DNA of 63,423 nt, the filler included. It is 10 parts of 10 records of this genome, joined end to end, with 100 filler letters (N's around TTAATTAATTAA, not from the genome) between each part and the next. Parts side by side here need not be neighbours in the genome. Positions count along the whole stretch, not along the records: positions 8,475 to 11,529 come from SRR11831586_518; positions 11,630 to 14,239 come from SRR11831586_522; positions 14,340 to 21,429 come from SRR11831586_528; positions 21,530 to 30,297 come from SRR11831586_531; 6 more parts are not named here. The stretch is one strand, 5' to 3'. Numbering within the stretch: the first letter of the stretch is position 1; each line of letters starts with the position of its first letter. The notes beneath the pieces are model-generated. The model searched no databases, was not told where the DNA came from, and worked only from the letters and a program-made list of their open reading frames with translations. The position numbers and the translations under genes were made by a program. Below are positions 10,363-22,680 of the stretch, in pieces.

Positions 10363-11028
10363 CTAAAGGCGCGTAGCGTACAGCACCGGCGCAGGCATGT
10401 ACTGCACATCGGCACGGAACGTAGGACCCGCAATCTTGAAGCCGGTACCCCCGAACCACGTCACAGACACACTGTACACAGAGGGCGTGGGCAAGCGAGC
10501 CACCATTTGAAAGGTCCACGACTCACCCATAGAGTTTCCATACTCGTGCGGATTCTCGCCGCTCAGAGGTACGTTCGCCTGAGTGACAAGATCTTTGACA
10601 ACTACCTGGATCTCCAGCCAATCAGGCGCACCTGGCCCGGTAACCAAAGCGGAAAAGTGAACGCGAAGAAGAGATGCCGCTGTAGTGGTAAATATAATCA
10701 GGTTGATCTGGGGAATGGGGAGATGACCGGTAACATTGGACGTGAGCAGAAATACTCGTTCGCGAATAGTTCCTTCCACTGAATTCTTCTCTTCCTATGT
10801 CAAGAGATCATGAGCTAAGCTGGCCACAGATGCCTTATTATTGGCAGACAAGGCAGTACACAGCTCTCATTACGCACGTACTCGCAAAACCATAGGAGGC
10901 TGCGGGGCCGGTGCGGTAGCGTATTCCGCTAAGCTAGCCGTCTCGTCACTGAAATCAAGACGGGACCGCGACGGAGAATGCCGCGAAGATCGGGACGTGG
11001 ACACAGTAGAGCTTGCTGCAGACCACAT
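10363..11028 (-). CDS. Putative 2-exon eukaryotic gene of unknown function (exons 11028-10882, 10794-10363; about 192 aa)
   Basis: Phase-0 GTACGT...CATAG intron 10881-10795 joins a Ser/Arg/Pro-rich exon to a 143-codon beta-rich exon. Start codon uncertain. Confidence 0.5.
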
Positions 11029-11229
11029 CACTCCCGATGGTGGATCATAGAAGAGTGAGTTGGCTCCTTCCTTCCCCAGTCAAAAAGTGTCTATCCATCC
11101 ACAGCTACAGCAGCATCATGATTTGAGAGCAGCGATGTGAACTTGTGAAGCACAGCACAGAAAAGTCTGACAGTCTGATAGCCGCGCTGTTGACAAGCTC
11201 GTCACCCGTCCGCCACACACAGGCACATC

Positions 11230-11529
11230 TCGCTCGATCCTTCAACGAGTCGTGGCCCGGCACTCTCCCCTCATTCTTGCTCTTCGTCGGGGCGGAGTTG
11301 TTTGTGTTCGTGTTTTCTTGTGCGCTGGTGGATAAGGTACGGAATCCCGCACAGAAACATGTCGCATCCCGCTGGCTCTGTTAGCAAGATTTTCGGCACC
11401 AAGTTTGTTGGTGGCTGGACCCTCGGTGATCGGTCGTTCCCATCGGTGACACAATGGACAGAGGTACGGCATGCAGACGGAGATCTCATTCACGGCATTA
11501 CTCATGCGGATGTGTGTTCGTCAGGTGTC
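11230..11529 (+). CDS. Possible partial intron-containing gene (intron 11337-11384, exon 11385-11463, next donor 11464)
   Basis: Two identical AG|GTACGG donors and a GTTAG acceptor flank an exon reading KIFGTKFVGGWTLGDRSFPSVTQWTE. 5' boundary approximate. Confidence 0.3.
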
Positions 11530-11629
11530 NNNNNNNNNNNNNNNNNNNNNNNNNNNNNNNNNNNNNNNNNNNNTTAATTAATTAANNNNNNNNNNNNNNN
11601 NNNNNNNNNNNNNNNNNNNNNNNNNNNNN
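11530..11629. other. Artificial contig spacer
   Basis: N44-TTAATTAATTAA-N44. Confidence 0.99.
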
Positions 11630-11657
11630 GCGTGTCCACTATTGCTGGGTAAGATCA
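11630..11657 (-). mobile_element. IS3 terminal inverted repeat (outer end) at the yaiT insertion junction
   Basis: Reverse complement TGATCTTACCCAGCAATAGTGGACACGC is the IS3 end; K-12 yaiT is known to be interrupted by IS3. Confidence 0.88.
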
Positions 11658-13130
<1,473 letters not shown>

Positions 13131-13131
13131 A

Positions 13132-13820
<689 letters not shown>

Positions 13821-14239
13821 TCAGGACGCGGGGATAACCAACGGTTTATTCCCGCTTAGCTCGGTCACCAGGTCATTGATGCCATCGCTCATATTTTTAA
13901 AGCGCGTCAACGGCGAACGAGTGACCACCACAAACGCGCCAATATTCTTCTGCGGGATCATCGCCATATAGGTAATGAAACCGCCACCACCGCCTGTCTT
14001 CTGAATAATCCCCGGACGACCCTCTTTCGGGGCCATATATACCCAACCTAAACCAAGCGCATCCGCTTTGCCGGGGACATCCATGCCAATCACTTTCGTA
14101 AACTGCGCGCGCTGATAAATCAACGTCTGCATGCGATCTGCCTGGTTACTGCGCTGATAAAAATCAGATGACAAATACTGCTGCATCCAGCGCATCATAT
14201 CGCCAGGCGTGGAATAGACGCCGCCGCTGCCAATTGCCG
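13821..14239 (-). CDS. ampH: AmpH DD-carboxypeptidase/endopeptidase, 3' part
   Basis: KTGGGGGF motif; C-terminus GNKPLVIPAS. Confidence 0.9.
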
Positions 14240-14339
14240 NNNNNNNNNNNNNNNNNNNNNNNNNNNNNNNNNNNNNNNNNNNNTTAATTAATTAANNNNN
14301 NNNNNNNNNNNNNNNNNNNNNNNNNNNNNNNNNNNNNNN
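14240..14339. other. Artificial contig spacer
   Basis: N44-TTAATTAATTAA-N44. Confidence 0.99.
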
Positions 14340-14547
14340 CGCCCACCAGCAGCGAAATCGCCAGACGCGGCAACAAGCTGTAGTGAAAAATCATCTGCTC
14401 GATGACGTCAATATCCGGCGACCAGGCAGCCTGCGCCCACTGGCTACGCGGCAGCGCCTGCGAGAAGTTCATCCAGGTGAGCGCCGTAGCGACAATCACT
14501 AACAGCGCCAGCAATAACGCCGGGAAAAGCGCAATTCGTTTACTCAC
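14340..14547 (-). CDS. fhuB: Ferrichrome permease FhuB, 5' part
   Basis: MSKRIALFPALL N-terminus overlapping the fhuD stop. Confidence 0.93.
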
Positions 14548-15434
14548 GCTTTACCTCCGATGGCGTTATCCAGAACGCGCACAAAGTGCATTGCCGAGAG
14601 CGTCGCACCATAAAACCAGACTGCAGGTACGCGCTGAAAGCGTCCGGCGCGGACAAACGGCATGGCCTGCCACAGCGGCGTTGCCATTAGCGCATCCATG
14701 TCTTTGCTGTTGTCGTGATCAAAACAGAGCACATCAACGTCTTTATACGCCGCCAGACGATCGATACTGACGGCGGTACTGCCCCAGAAGTTGGTTTCCC
14801 CTTGCCAGGCATTTGGGATGCCGTACTCATCAAGAATTTCCTGGAACAAGCTGTTTGGACCGAAGACCAGCATATGGCGCGGATCGATAAGCGTCGTCAG
14901 CAATAACGGACGCGCACCACGCTTCACAAAGCGGGGTTTCATGCTGCGGATAAAGTCTTCATATTGCGCTAAATGCGTTTCCGCTGCGCTTTGCAGGTTA
15001 AGTAAATCTGCCATTTCCGTCAGCGATTTACGCGCCATCGCCAACGGCTGTTTGCCGTCACTGAAGTTAAATCCGCGACCCGGCGCAATACGAGCCAGCA
15101 TTTCTGGTGAAGGGCCATATCCTGCCGACCAGACCATAAACGATGGTTTCATTTCGGTCAGCAGTTCAAGGTTAGGTTCTGTGCGCAAACCGACGTCGAT
15201 CACTGAGTCCGGCAATGGTGGTTCGCTGACCCACAGGCGATAGTTGATGGTATCCGCCACGCCGTAAGGCACGATGCCGAGCGCCAGCAGTAATTCCACC
15301 GGCAACCACTCCAGCGCCACAATACGATTGGGATCAATAGCCGCCGCGTGGGCGGTATTCATCTGCCATAACAACGGAGAAAGCGCCATCGCCGTTAACA
15401 GTCGACGGCGCGAAATAAGAGGTAAGCCGCTCAT
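14544..15434 (-). CDS. fhuD: Ferrichrome-binding periplasmic protein
   Basis: 296 aa, SRRRLL leader, RIVALEW motif. Confidence 0.96.
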   Translation of the reverse strand: MSGLPLISRRRLLTAMALSPLLWQMNTAHAAAIDPNRIVALEWLPVELLLALGIVPYGVADTINYRLWVSEPPLPDSVIDVGLRTEPNLELLTEMKPSFMVWSAGYGPSPEMLARIAPGRGFNFSDGKQPLAMARKSLTEMADLLNLQSAAETHLAQYEDFIRSMKPRFVKRGARPLLLTTLIDPRHMLVFGPNSLFQEILDEYGIPNAWQGETNFWGSTAVSIDRLAAYKDVDVLCFDHDNSKDMDALMATPLWQAMPFVRAGRFQRVPAVWFYGATLSAMHFVRVLDNAIGGKA

Positions 15435-16231
15435 CAATAAACAAAACTCACAGGTGCAGCACCCGCCGGATGCGGCAAAATACCCATCGGGATGCCATAA
15501 ATCATTTCGAGGGTTTCGCCGCGCATAATTTCCGCAGGCGTTCCCTGAGCAATCATTTCACCGCCGCGCAGGGCGACCAGATAATCACAGTAGCGTGCCG
15601 CCATATTGATATCGTGCAACACGGCAATGACCGTCAGGCCACGCTCCTGACTTAAACGGTGCACCAGCGACAGCACATCAACCTGGTGGGCGATATCCAG
15701 CGCCGAGGTCGGTTCGTCGAGCAACAGACAACGGCTATCCTGCGCCACCAGCATGGCGATCCACGCCCGCTGACGTTCGCCGCCAGAGAGACTATCGACC
15801 AGCCGATGCGCCAGCGGTTTTAAGCCAACCAGCGAGATAGCTTCCTCGACTTTTTCGCGATCTGCCGCCCCAAAGCGCCCCAGCGCGCCATGCCACGGGT
15901 AACGACCAATCGCCACCAGTTCACGCACGGTCATCCCTTCTGCCGGAGGAAGCTGCTGCGGCAAATAAGCCACTTTGCGGGCAAACGCTTTGCTGCTCCA
16001 GCTTTCCAGCGGTTGGGCATCAAGAAGAATCTCCCCTTCCGACGGCGGCTGATGACGGCCAAGCATTTTGAGCAGAGTGGATTTACCAGAACCGTTGTGA
16101 CCAATCAGACCGGTCACTTTCCCGGCAGGAAAGGTTAACGACAGCGGATGCAAAAGCGTGCGCCCGGGCACACGAAAGGAGATATTACGCAGTGCAAAAG
16201 TGGTATCGGAATGATTCGTGTATTCCTGCAT
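15434..16231 (-). CDS. fhuC: Ferrichrome ABC ATPase
   Basis: MQEYTNH start, GHNGSGKST, LSGGERQR; 265 aa. Confidence 0.96.
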   Translation of the reverse strand: MQEYTNHSDTTFALRNISFRVPGRTLLHPLSLTFPAGKVTGLIGHNGSGKSTLLKMLGRHQPPSEGEILLDAQPLESWSSKAFARKVAYLPQQLPPAEGMTVRELVAIGRYPWHGALGRFGAADREKVEEAISLVGLKPLAHRLVDSLSGGERQRAWIAMLVAQDSRCLLLDEPTSALDIAHQVDVLSLVHRLSQERGLTVIAVLHDINMAARYCDYLVALRGGEMIAQGTPAEIMRGETLEMIYGIPMGILPHPAGAAPVSFVY

Positions 16232-16250
16232 AACAGCCAACTTGTGAAAT

Positions 16251-16270
16251 GGGCACGGAAATCCGTGCCC
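16251..16270. terminator. Hairpin between fhuA and fhuC
   Basis: GGGCACGG-AAAT-CCGTGCCC inverted repeat. Confidence 0.6.
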
Positions 16271-16281
16271 CAAAAGAGAAA

Positions 16282-18525
16282 TTAGAAACGGAAGGTTGCG
16301 GTTGCAACGACCTGACGTTCTGCGCCCCAGAAGCAGCCATAAGTGTTAAAGCAGCTGGCGACGTATTCACGATCGAACAGGTTGTTAACATGCAGCGCCA
16401 CGTTGGAGCCAGCCATGCCGACTCGCGCCAGATCATAACGTACTAACGCATCCACGACCGTATAACTTCCCACTTTAAAGGAGTTAGCCGGATCACCATA
16501 ACTGGAGCCAGTATAACGACCACCGGTGCCCAGCGTCAGACCTGAAAGCGGACCGTCAAAGAAGGTGTAGTCAGCCCACAACGAAGCCATGTGTTTTGGC
16601 ACCTGTGCAGGCGTATTGCCTTTATAGGTAGTATCGGTGGTGTATTCCGCATCGGTGTAAGTATAAGAACCGACTACGTTAACACTCGCCGACAGCGCCG
16701 CTTTCGCTTCGATTTCTACGCCACGTGCGCGGATCTCGCCACCTTCAACCGAGAAGAAGGAACCCTCAGGGTCCGCCATCAGGTTGTTGGTTTTAGTGAG
16801 ATTATACACGGCACCAGTAACTACAATCGGACGATCTTCCGGTACATATTTCACGCCGACTTCATACTGCTTACCTTTAGACGGTGCGAAAATATTACCA
16901 TCCTTCCCAACTTGCGAAGAAGGTTCAAACGATTCGCTATAGCTGAAGTAAGGTGTTACACCATTATCAAACAGGTAGTTAACACCACCACGCCAGGTAA
17001 ACTGTTTGTCATCACGTTTATCGGTCGTCCCGGCAACGCGGTTAAGAGATTCTTGATCTGCCCAGTCATAACGACCGCCTAGGGTGACCAGCACTTTATC
17101 CCACTGCGCCTGATCCTGAACATAAACGCCCGTTTGTTTCTGTTTATTCAGAATGCGGTAAGGGCCGGAGTTTGCCGGATCTTTGGCATTGAAGTCGAAA
17201 TCGGTATTCACCGGATTGTACAGATTGAGCAGTGGCACAGAGTCGTCGTAACCAAACCAGGCGTTGATGTCATTACGCATACGCATAAAGTCGACACCGG
17301 TCAGCAGGGTGTGGTCGATATCGCCAGTGGCAAACTTGCTCTGCAACTGGGTATCAACGGAGAAGTTTTGCAGCTTCTCATCATCAACGACGTATTTACG
17401 TGCCAGATAATGGCCTTTATCCGCTGGCGCTAATGCCGCACACTGTTTGCTGTAAGCATTCGCCGGATCGGAGCAGACGCCGTAACCATAAACGCTGTTT
17501 TGCGAGGTTTTGTTTTCAGCAAAGCGCAGGTTCTGACGCACAGTAAAGGTGTCGTTAAATTCGTGATCGAAGCTGTAGCCGACCATCTTCTCATTACGAG
17601 AATAGGTGTTGTTCTTCGCCCCTTCATTAAAGTCTGTCGGCAGACGCTTACCGTTCGGCAGCGGCTCAACGGTTCCCTCTTTCGGCAACCAGCCGTAATA
17701 ACCGGTTTCCGGCTCGTTCTGGAAGTAAGAAAGGAAGGTAAAATTGGTTTTATCATCCGGACGCCAGGTGAACGCCGGTGCAATAGCATAACGCTGCTCT
17801 TCTGACCCTTTCTGCTGGGCATTGGCAGAACGCGCAAGACCGGTCAGGCGATAAGAGTAAACACCGTCATCATCCAACGAATCGCTAAAGTCAAAACCAG
17901 TCTGGAACAGGCTGTCAGTACCGGCTTTAAACTGAACTTCTTTCAGCGGTTCGGTGGTCGGACGCTTGCTGACCATATTCAACAGGCCGCCAGGACTGCT
18001 TTTACCGTAAAGCACGGAAACCGGGCCACGCATAATTTCAGCGCGTTCCAGCATATACGGGTCAATGACCGCATCGTTATAGAAGTTGCCCTGCAACTTC
18101 AGGCCATTCAGATAGTTATTCTGGCTTTGGCCTTCTGCCGCAAAGCCGCGAATGATCAGGTGGTCATAGGTGTTGGATGCGCCACGCGTACCAACAGAGA
18201 CACCCGGCGTGTAGCTAAGCGCTTCTTTTACCGACTTCGGCTGATGCAGCGCCATCTCTTCGGCGGTCACAACAGAAATAGACTGTGGCACTTTTTGAAT
18301 CGGCGTATCGGTTTTAGTGCCGGTAGCAGACTGTCGCGCCGCAATAGTTGCAGCAGGCCCCCATGCGCTTTCTTGCGGCGCAGGTGCAGCGGTAACGGTG
18401 ATAGTGTCTTCTTTCGGTTCAACCGCTGCCTGTGCATAAACAGACATGCCGCTAACCGCTGTGGCTACTACAACTGCGATTTTACGCAGTGAGTGTTTTG
18501 GCTGAGCAGTTTTGGAACGCGCCAT
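16282..18525 (-). CDS. fhuA: TonB-dependent ferrichrome and T1/T5/phi80 receptor, intact
   Basis: 747 aa, TonB box DTITV, C-terminal ATFRF. Confidence 0.98.
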   Translation of the reverse strand: MARSKTAQPKHSLRKIAVVVATAVSGMSVYAQAAVEPKEDTITVTAAPAPQESAWGPAATIAARQSATGTKTDTPIQKVPQSISVVTAEEMALHQPKSVKEALSYTPGVSVGTRGASNTYDHLIIRGFAAEGQSQNNYLNGLKLQGNFYNDAVIDPYMLERAEIMRGPVSVLYGKSSPGGLLNMVSKRPTTEPLKEVQFKAGTDSLFQTGFDFSDSLDDDGVYSYRLTGLARSANAQQKGSEEQRYAIAPAFTWRPDDKTNFTFLSYFQNEPETGYYGWLPKEGTVEPLPNGKRLPTDFNEGAKNNTYSRNEKMVGYSFDHEFNDTFTVRQNLRFAENKTSQNSVYGYGVCSDPANAYSKQCAALAPADKGHYLARKYVVDDEKLQNFSVDTQLQSKFATGDIDHTLLTGVDFMRMRNDINAWFGYDDSVPLLNLYNPVNTDFDFNAKDPANSGPYRILNKQKQTGVYVQDQAQWDKVLVTLGGRYDWADQESLNRVAGTTDKRDDKQFTWRGGVNYLFDNGVTPYFSYSESFEPSSQVGKDGNIFAPSKGKQYEVGVKYVPEDRPIVVTGAVYNLTKTNNLMADPEGSFFSVEGGEIRARGVEIEAKAALSASVNVVGSYTYTDAEYTTDTTYKGNTPAQVPKHMASLWADYTFFDGPLSGLTLGTGGRYTGSSYGDPANSFKVGSYTVVDALVRYDLARVGMAGSNVALHVNNLFDREYVASCFNTYGCFWGAERQVVATATFRF

Positions 18526-18550
18526 TGGTATATCTCTGATGTAAAGTGAA

Positions 18551-18592
18551 TGATAACGTAAACGAGAATGATTATTATAAAGATAAGATAAT
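18551..18592. promoter_or_regulatory. Fur-box-like region upstream of fhuA
   Basis: GAGAATGATTATT and GATAAT repeats resembling GATAATGATAATCATTATC. Confidence 0.6.
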
Positions 18593-18702
18593 ATTCGAAA
18601 CGCTGGCGGGTTCGCAAGCGGTACGCAATCTGAGCGTTCCTGAAGGGTTAATAAACAACCAGATGAAAAGAAAGGGTTAATATCTTAGATGGGATGTTAT
18701 TT

Positions 18703-18729
18703 TACCGGATGGCAACTCGCCATCCGGTA
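18703..18729. terminator. Hairpin downstream of mrcB
   Basis: TACCGGATGGC-AACTC-GCCATCCGGTA inverted repeat. Confidence 0.65.
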
Positions 18730-18744
18730 TTTCACGCTTAGATG

Positions 18745-21279
18745 TTAATTACTACCAAACATATCCTTGATCCAACCGGCTACACCGTCGCTGTCTTTCT
18801 GCTCTTGCTGAGCAGGTTGCTGTTGCGGCTGTTGCTGCGGCTGAGAAGACTGATCAAACGGATTGCCTGACGGCTGCTGCTGCATCTCGCTCTGCTGGCA
18901 CAGCGATTGCGGATCGCTGGTCCAGACCGGCAAGATACGCATGCCACCGCTGCAAACAAAGTTGCCGTCGTAGTCCACGCCCATATCTGCAATATCTTCT
19001 GGCGGAACAAGATTCAGCGGCGTTGGCGTCTGGTTAGCCAGATAACGCTGATAAATCGACATTGCCCCGCTGGCACCATACAGTTTGGTCGGCTGGTTGT
19101 TATCACGGCCGACCCAGGTGATGGTCACCGTGCTGCCGTCAATGCCCGCAAACCAGGTATCTACGTTATTGTTGGTAGTCCCTGTTTTCCCTGCCAGATG
19201 CAGGTTCGGGTATTTCGCCCCAAGCTGACGACCCGTACCGCGTTGTACCACCTGCTGCATGGTCCATAGTGTCAGATACGCCGCCTGCGCCGGAACAGCG
19301 CGTTCCGCCTGCGGGAAGCTCTGATACAGCACTTTGCCATCTTCCGCGATTACCGAACGCAGCGCAGAAAGCGGTGCACGGTTACCACCGCTGGCGATGG
19401 TCTGGAATGCCTGCGCCACTTCGATTGGCGTTAAGTTCAACGCCCCCAGCAGCATTGCCGGAACCGGATGCAACTGATCTTTCGGTACGCCCAGTTTAAT
19501 CCAGGTCTCCGTAACCGCAGGCAGCCCCAGCGCCATCCCCAGATTTACCGTCGGCACGTTCATCGAACGGGTCAACGCATCCACCAGCATCACTCTGCCG
19601 CTTTCGCTATAACGACGGTCATCATTCTGCGGTGACCAGACCTGGCCATTCGGCTGACGCAGCGCAATTGGCGCATCCGCAATCCACGTATTCAGACGAT
19701 AGATTTTCGGCTGGCTTAAGGCCGTCAGATAAGTCGCTGGTTTTGCAAGGGAACCAATCGAACGACGCGCCTGCATCGCACGGTTGTAGCCCGCAAACTG
19801 CGGCTCAGAACCTCCGACCATCGCACGAACTTCACCACTAAAGCGGTCGACGACCACAATCGCAGTTTCAAGATCGCTCAACTTACGCTGTTTCTTCAGT
19901 GCCGGAATGCCTTCCACGGCGGCTTTTTCTGCCGCGTCCTGGGCCACCGAGTCAAAGGTAGTGAAGATCTTCACGCCGGAGAGATCTTTTACCTTATCGC
20001 CCAGTTTTGCCTGCAGCTCCTGACGCACCAGTTGCATAAAGGCTGGCTGAGGAGAGATCACCCCACCGCGCGGCTGAACCCCCAGCGGACGGGCACTCAA
20101 CATGTCATAGAGTTCTTGATCAATAATCTGTTGCTGTTGCAGCAGACGCAGCACCAGATTACGTCGCTCCAGCGCCAGTTTTGGGTTACGCCACGGGTTG
20201 TAGATGGACGCCCCTTTCACCATACCGACTAACAGCGCCTGCTGGTCGAGGCTTAGCTCTTCTACCGGGCGACCAAAGTAATACAAGCTTGCCAGCGGGA
20301 AGCCGCGGATTTCGTTGTCGCCGCTCTGACCGAGATACACCTCGTTCATATACAGCTCAAGAATACGGTCTTTGCTGTAACGCGCGTCCATGATCAGCGC
20401 CATGTAAGCTTCGTTCGCTTTACGCCAGTAAGAACGCTCGCTGGAGAGGAACAGGTTTTTCACCAGCTGTTGCGTCAGCGTACTCGCACCCTGTACCGTG
20501 CGTCCGGCGGTCAGGTTTGCCAGCACCGCACGTCCGATTGAGTAGAGACTGATTCCATCATGCTCGTAAAAATGACGGTCTTCTGTCGCCAGCAAAGTAT
20601 CCACCAGCAAATCCGGGAAACCACTGCGCGGCACAAACAGACGCTGCTCACCGTTTGGCGAAGAGATCATGGTGATCAGACGCGGATCAAGACGGAAGAA
20701 ACCGAACTGACGGTTGTTCTCCATATTGACGATCGTCGCCAGATGATCGCCATCAAAGGTCAGACGCGCGCGCACCTGTCCTTCTTTACTGTCCGGGAAA
20801 TCAAACGGACGGCGAATCATCTCAATGCTGTTGGCCTGCACGGTAAATTCGCCAGGACGGGTCATTTTCGACACCTGACGATACTGGGTCGCCTCCAGCA
20901 GCTTCACCATCTCGTTCTTGCTGATGGTCATGTCTGGCTCAAGATTGACCATTCGGCCATAAACTGCCGCAGGCAGTTGCCAGACCTTGCCATCAATACG
21001 GCTACGAATTTTTTGATCGAGATAAACGCCGTAAATGGCGATCAGCACGGCAAAAACGATAGCCAGTTTTAGCAGTAGCCATAGCCAGCCGCGTTTGCCA
21101 CGAGGCTTACGCCCTTTGCCTTTGCCCTTACCTTTGCGCGGCATCGGTTCTTCATCCTCATAGTCATCATAATCGTCGTAATCATCGTCATCTTCGTAAC
21201 GACGACGGCTTACCTTTTGTTTGACCGGACGCGTCGGTTTCCCTTTGCGTCCAATTGGCTCGCGGTCATTCCCGGCCAT
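18745..21279 (-). CDS. mrcB: Penicillin-binding protein 1B
   Basis: MAGNDREP start, EDRHFYEH and GASTLTQQ transglycosylase motifs, SLAK/SMN/KTG; 844 aa. Confidence 0.98.
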   Translation of the reverse strand: MAGNDREPIGRKGKPTRPVKQKVSRRRYEDDDDYDDYDDYEDEEPMPRKGKGKGKGRKPRGKRGWLWLLLKLAIVFAVLIAIYGVYLDQKIRSRIDGKVWQLPAAVYGRMVNLEPDMTISKNEMVKLLEATQYRQVSKMTRPGEFTVQANSIEMIRRPFDFPDSKEGQVRARLTFDGDHLATIVNMENNRQFGFFRLDPRLITMISSPNGEQRLFVPRSGFPDLLVDTLLATEDRHFYEHDGISLYSIGRAVLANLTAGRTVQGASTLTQQLVKNLFLSSERSYWRKANEAYMALIMDARYSKDRILELYMNEVYLGQSGDNEIRGFPLASLYYFGRPVEELSLDQQALLVGMVKGASIYNPWRNPKLALERRNLVLRLLQQQQIIDQELYDMLSARPLGVQPRGGVISPQPAFMQLVRQELQAKLGDKVKDLSGVKIFTTFDSVAQDAAEKAAVEGIPALKKQRKLSDLETAIVVVDRFSGEVRAMVGGSEPQFAGYNRAMQARRSIGSLAKPATYLTALSQPKIYRLNTWIADAPIALRQPNGQVWSPQNDDRRYSESGRVMLVDALTRSMNVPTVNLGMALGLPAVTETWIKLGVPKDQLHPVPAMLLGALNLTPIEVAQAFQTIASGGNRAPLSALRSVIAEDGKVLYQSFPQAERAVPAQAAYLTLWTMQQVVQRGTGRQLGAKYPNLHLAGKTGTTNNNVDTWFAGIDGSTVTITWVGRDNNQPTKLYGASGAMSIYQRYLANQTPTPLNLVPPEDIADMGVDYDGNFVCSGGMRILPVWTSDPQSLCQQSEMQQQPSGNPFDQSSQPQQQPQQQPAQQEQKDSDGVAGWIKDMFGSN

Positions 21280-21372
21280 GCTTTTTCTCCGCAATATTCA
21301 GGCGCAAAAGCCCGATTTTCTGTTCTTCTGTTACAAGACAGAAGAAGATATCTCTCAAAATTTGTGCTCGAT

Positions 21373-21416
21373 CGGTCCCCTCTCCCTTGAGGGAGAGGGT
21401 TAGGGTGAGGGTGAAC
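21373..21416. repeat. BoxC-type repeat
   Basis: CCCCTCTCCC-TTGA-GGGAGAGGG followed by TTAGGGTGAGGG. Confidence 0.75.
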
Positions 21417-21429
21417 GTGCGCGCTGATG

Positions 21430-21529
21430 NNNNNNNNNNNNNNNNNNNNNNNNNNNNNNNNNNNNNNNNNNNNTTAATTAATTAANNNNNNNNNNNNNNN
21501 NNNNNNNNNNNNNNNNNNNNNNNNNNNNN
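21430..21529. other. Artificial contig spacer
   Basis: N44-TTAATTAATTAA-N44. Confidence 0.99.
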
Positions 21530-22033
21530 AAATGTCTTCTGCCTGTGGCAATGTTAGCGTCATTCACTCTGGCAGGATGCCAGTCAAATGCTGACGATCA
21601 TGCTGCCGATGTTTATCAAACCGATCAACTGAATACCAAACAAGAAACTAAAACCGTTAATATTATTTCCATTCTTCCCGCAAAAGTTGCCGTAGACAAC
21701 TCCCAAAATAAACGGAACGCACAAGCCTTCGGCGCGCTTATTGGCGCAGTCGCTGGCGGTGTTATCGGCCACAACGTCGGGTCTGGCAGCAATTCCGGAA
21801 CGACGGCAGGTGCAGTTGGCGGCGGAGCTGTAGGCGCGGCAGCGGGTTCTATGGTGAATGATAAAACCTTAGTGGAAGGTGTTTCTTTAACCTATAAGGA
21901 AGGCACCAAAGTGTATACCTCTACCCAGGTGGGTAAAGAGTGCCAGTTTACGACAGGTTTAGCCGTTGTTATTACCACGACGTATAACGAAACGCGTATT
22001 CAGCCAAATACCAAATGTCCTGAAAAGAGCTAA
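21530..22033 (+). CDS. yfgH: Glycine-zipper lipoprotein YfgH (first codons missing)
   Basis: LAGC lipobox, glycine zipper, upstream of yfgI. Confidence 0.9.
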   Translation, partial: KCLLPVAMLASFTLAGCQSNADDHAADVYQTDQLNTKQETKTVNIISILPAKVAVDNSQNKRNAQAFGALIGAVAGGVIGHNVGSGSNSGTTAGAVGGGAVGAAAGSMVNDKTLVEGVSLTYKEGTKVYTSTQVGKECQFTTGLAVVITTTYNETRIQPNTKCPEKS

Positions 22034-22048
22034 TAATCAGGAGGAGTC

Positions 22049-22588
22049 ATGAAGAAAGTTTTTCTTTGCGCCATCTTAGCCTCCTTAAGCTATCCGGCTA
22101 TCGCCTCATCATTGCAGGATCAACTCTCTGCTGTCGCAGAAGCGGAACAGCAAGGTAAAAATGAAGAGCAAAGGCAGCATGACGAATGGGTCGCGGAGCG
22201 CAACAGGGAAATCCAGCAAGAGAAGCAACGTCGCGCAAATGCCCAGGCCGCCGCTAACAAAAGAGCGGCAACGGCAGCGGCAAATAAGAAAGCTCGTCAG
22301 GATAAACTGGACGCCGAAGCCTCTGCGGACAAAAAACGCGATCAAAGTTATGAAGATGAGCTACGCAGCTTAGAGATTCAGAAACAAAAACTGGCGCTGG
22401 CGAAAGAAGAAGCCCGCGTTAAGCGAGAAAACGAATTTATCGATCAGGAACTGAAGCACAAAGCTGCGCAAACCGATGTGGTGCAATCTGAAGCTGACGC
22501 CAACAGAAATATGACTGAAGGCGGTCGCGATCTGATGAAAAGCGTGGGCAAAGCAGAAGAGAACAAATCGGACAGCTGGTTTAATTAA
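22049..22588 (+). CDS. yfgI: YfgI secreted coiled-coil protein
   Basis: 179 aa, signal peptide, convergent with guaA. Confidence 0.9.
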   Translation: MKKVFLCAILASLSYPAIASSLQDQLSAVAEAEQQGKNEEQRQHDEWVAERNREIQQEKQRRANAQAAANKRAATAAANKKARQDKLDAEASADKKRDQSYEDELRSLEIQKQKLALAKEEARVKRENEFIDQELKHKAAQTDVVQSEADANRNMTEGGRDLMKSVGKAEENKSDSWFN

Positions 22589-22626
22589 TCGATGTTAGTA
22601 ACTTCAATCCTATAATTCTTGAAGAT

Positions 22627-22656
22627 AAAAAACCCTCTGTAGTAACAGAGGGTTTT
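22627..22656. terminator. Bidirectional intrinsic terminator between yfgI and guaA
   Basis: AAAAAACCCTCTGT-AGTA-ACAGAGGGTTTT. Confidence 0.85.
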
Positions 22657-22680
22657 GTTCATTCATAGTGCAGGGTCAAA

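Larger units (their letters stand above)
8475..11529. other. Eukaryotic nuclear contig (unidentified, probably a protist)
   Basis: Genes reconstruct only after removing GT-AG introns; (GT)n/(CA)n runs; no long bacterial-type ORFs. Confidence 0.88.

Noticed and set aside
8475..11529. Eukaryote-to-E. coli horizontal transfer or a genomic island
   Set aside because: Bounded by spacers, not by junctions with E. coli DNA, and the genes retain spliceosomal introns.
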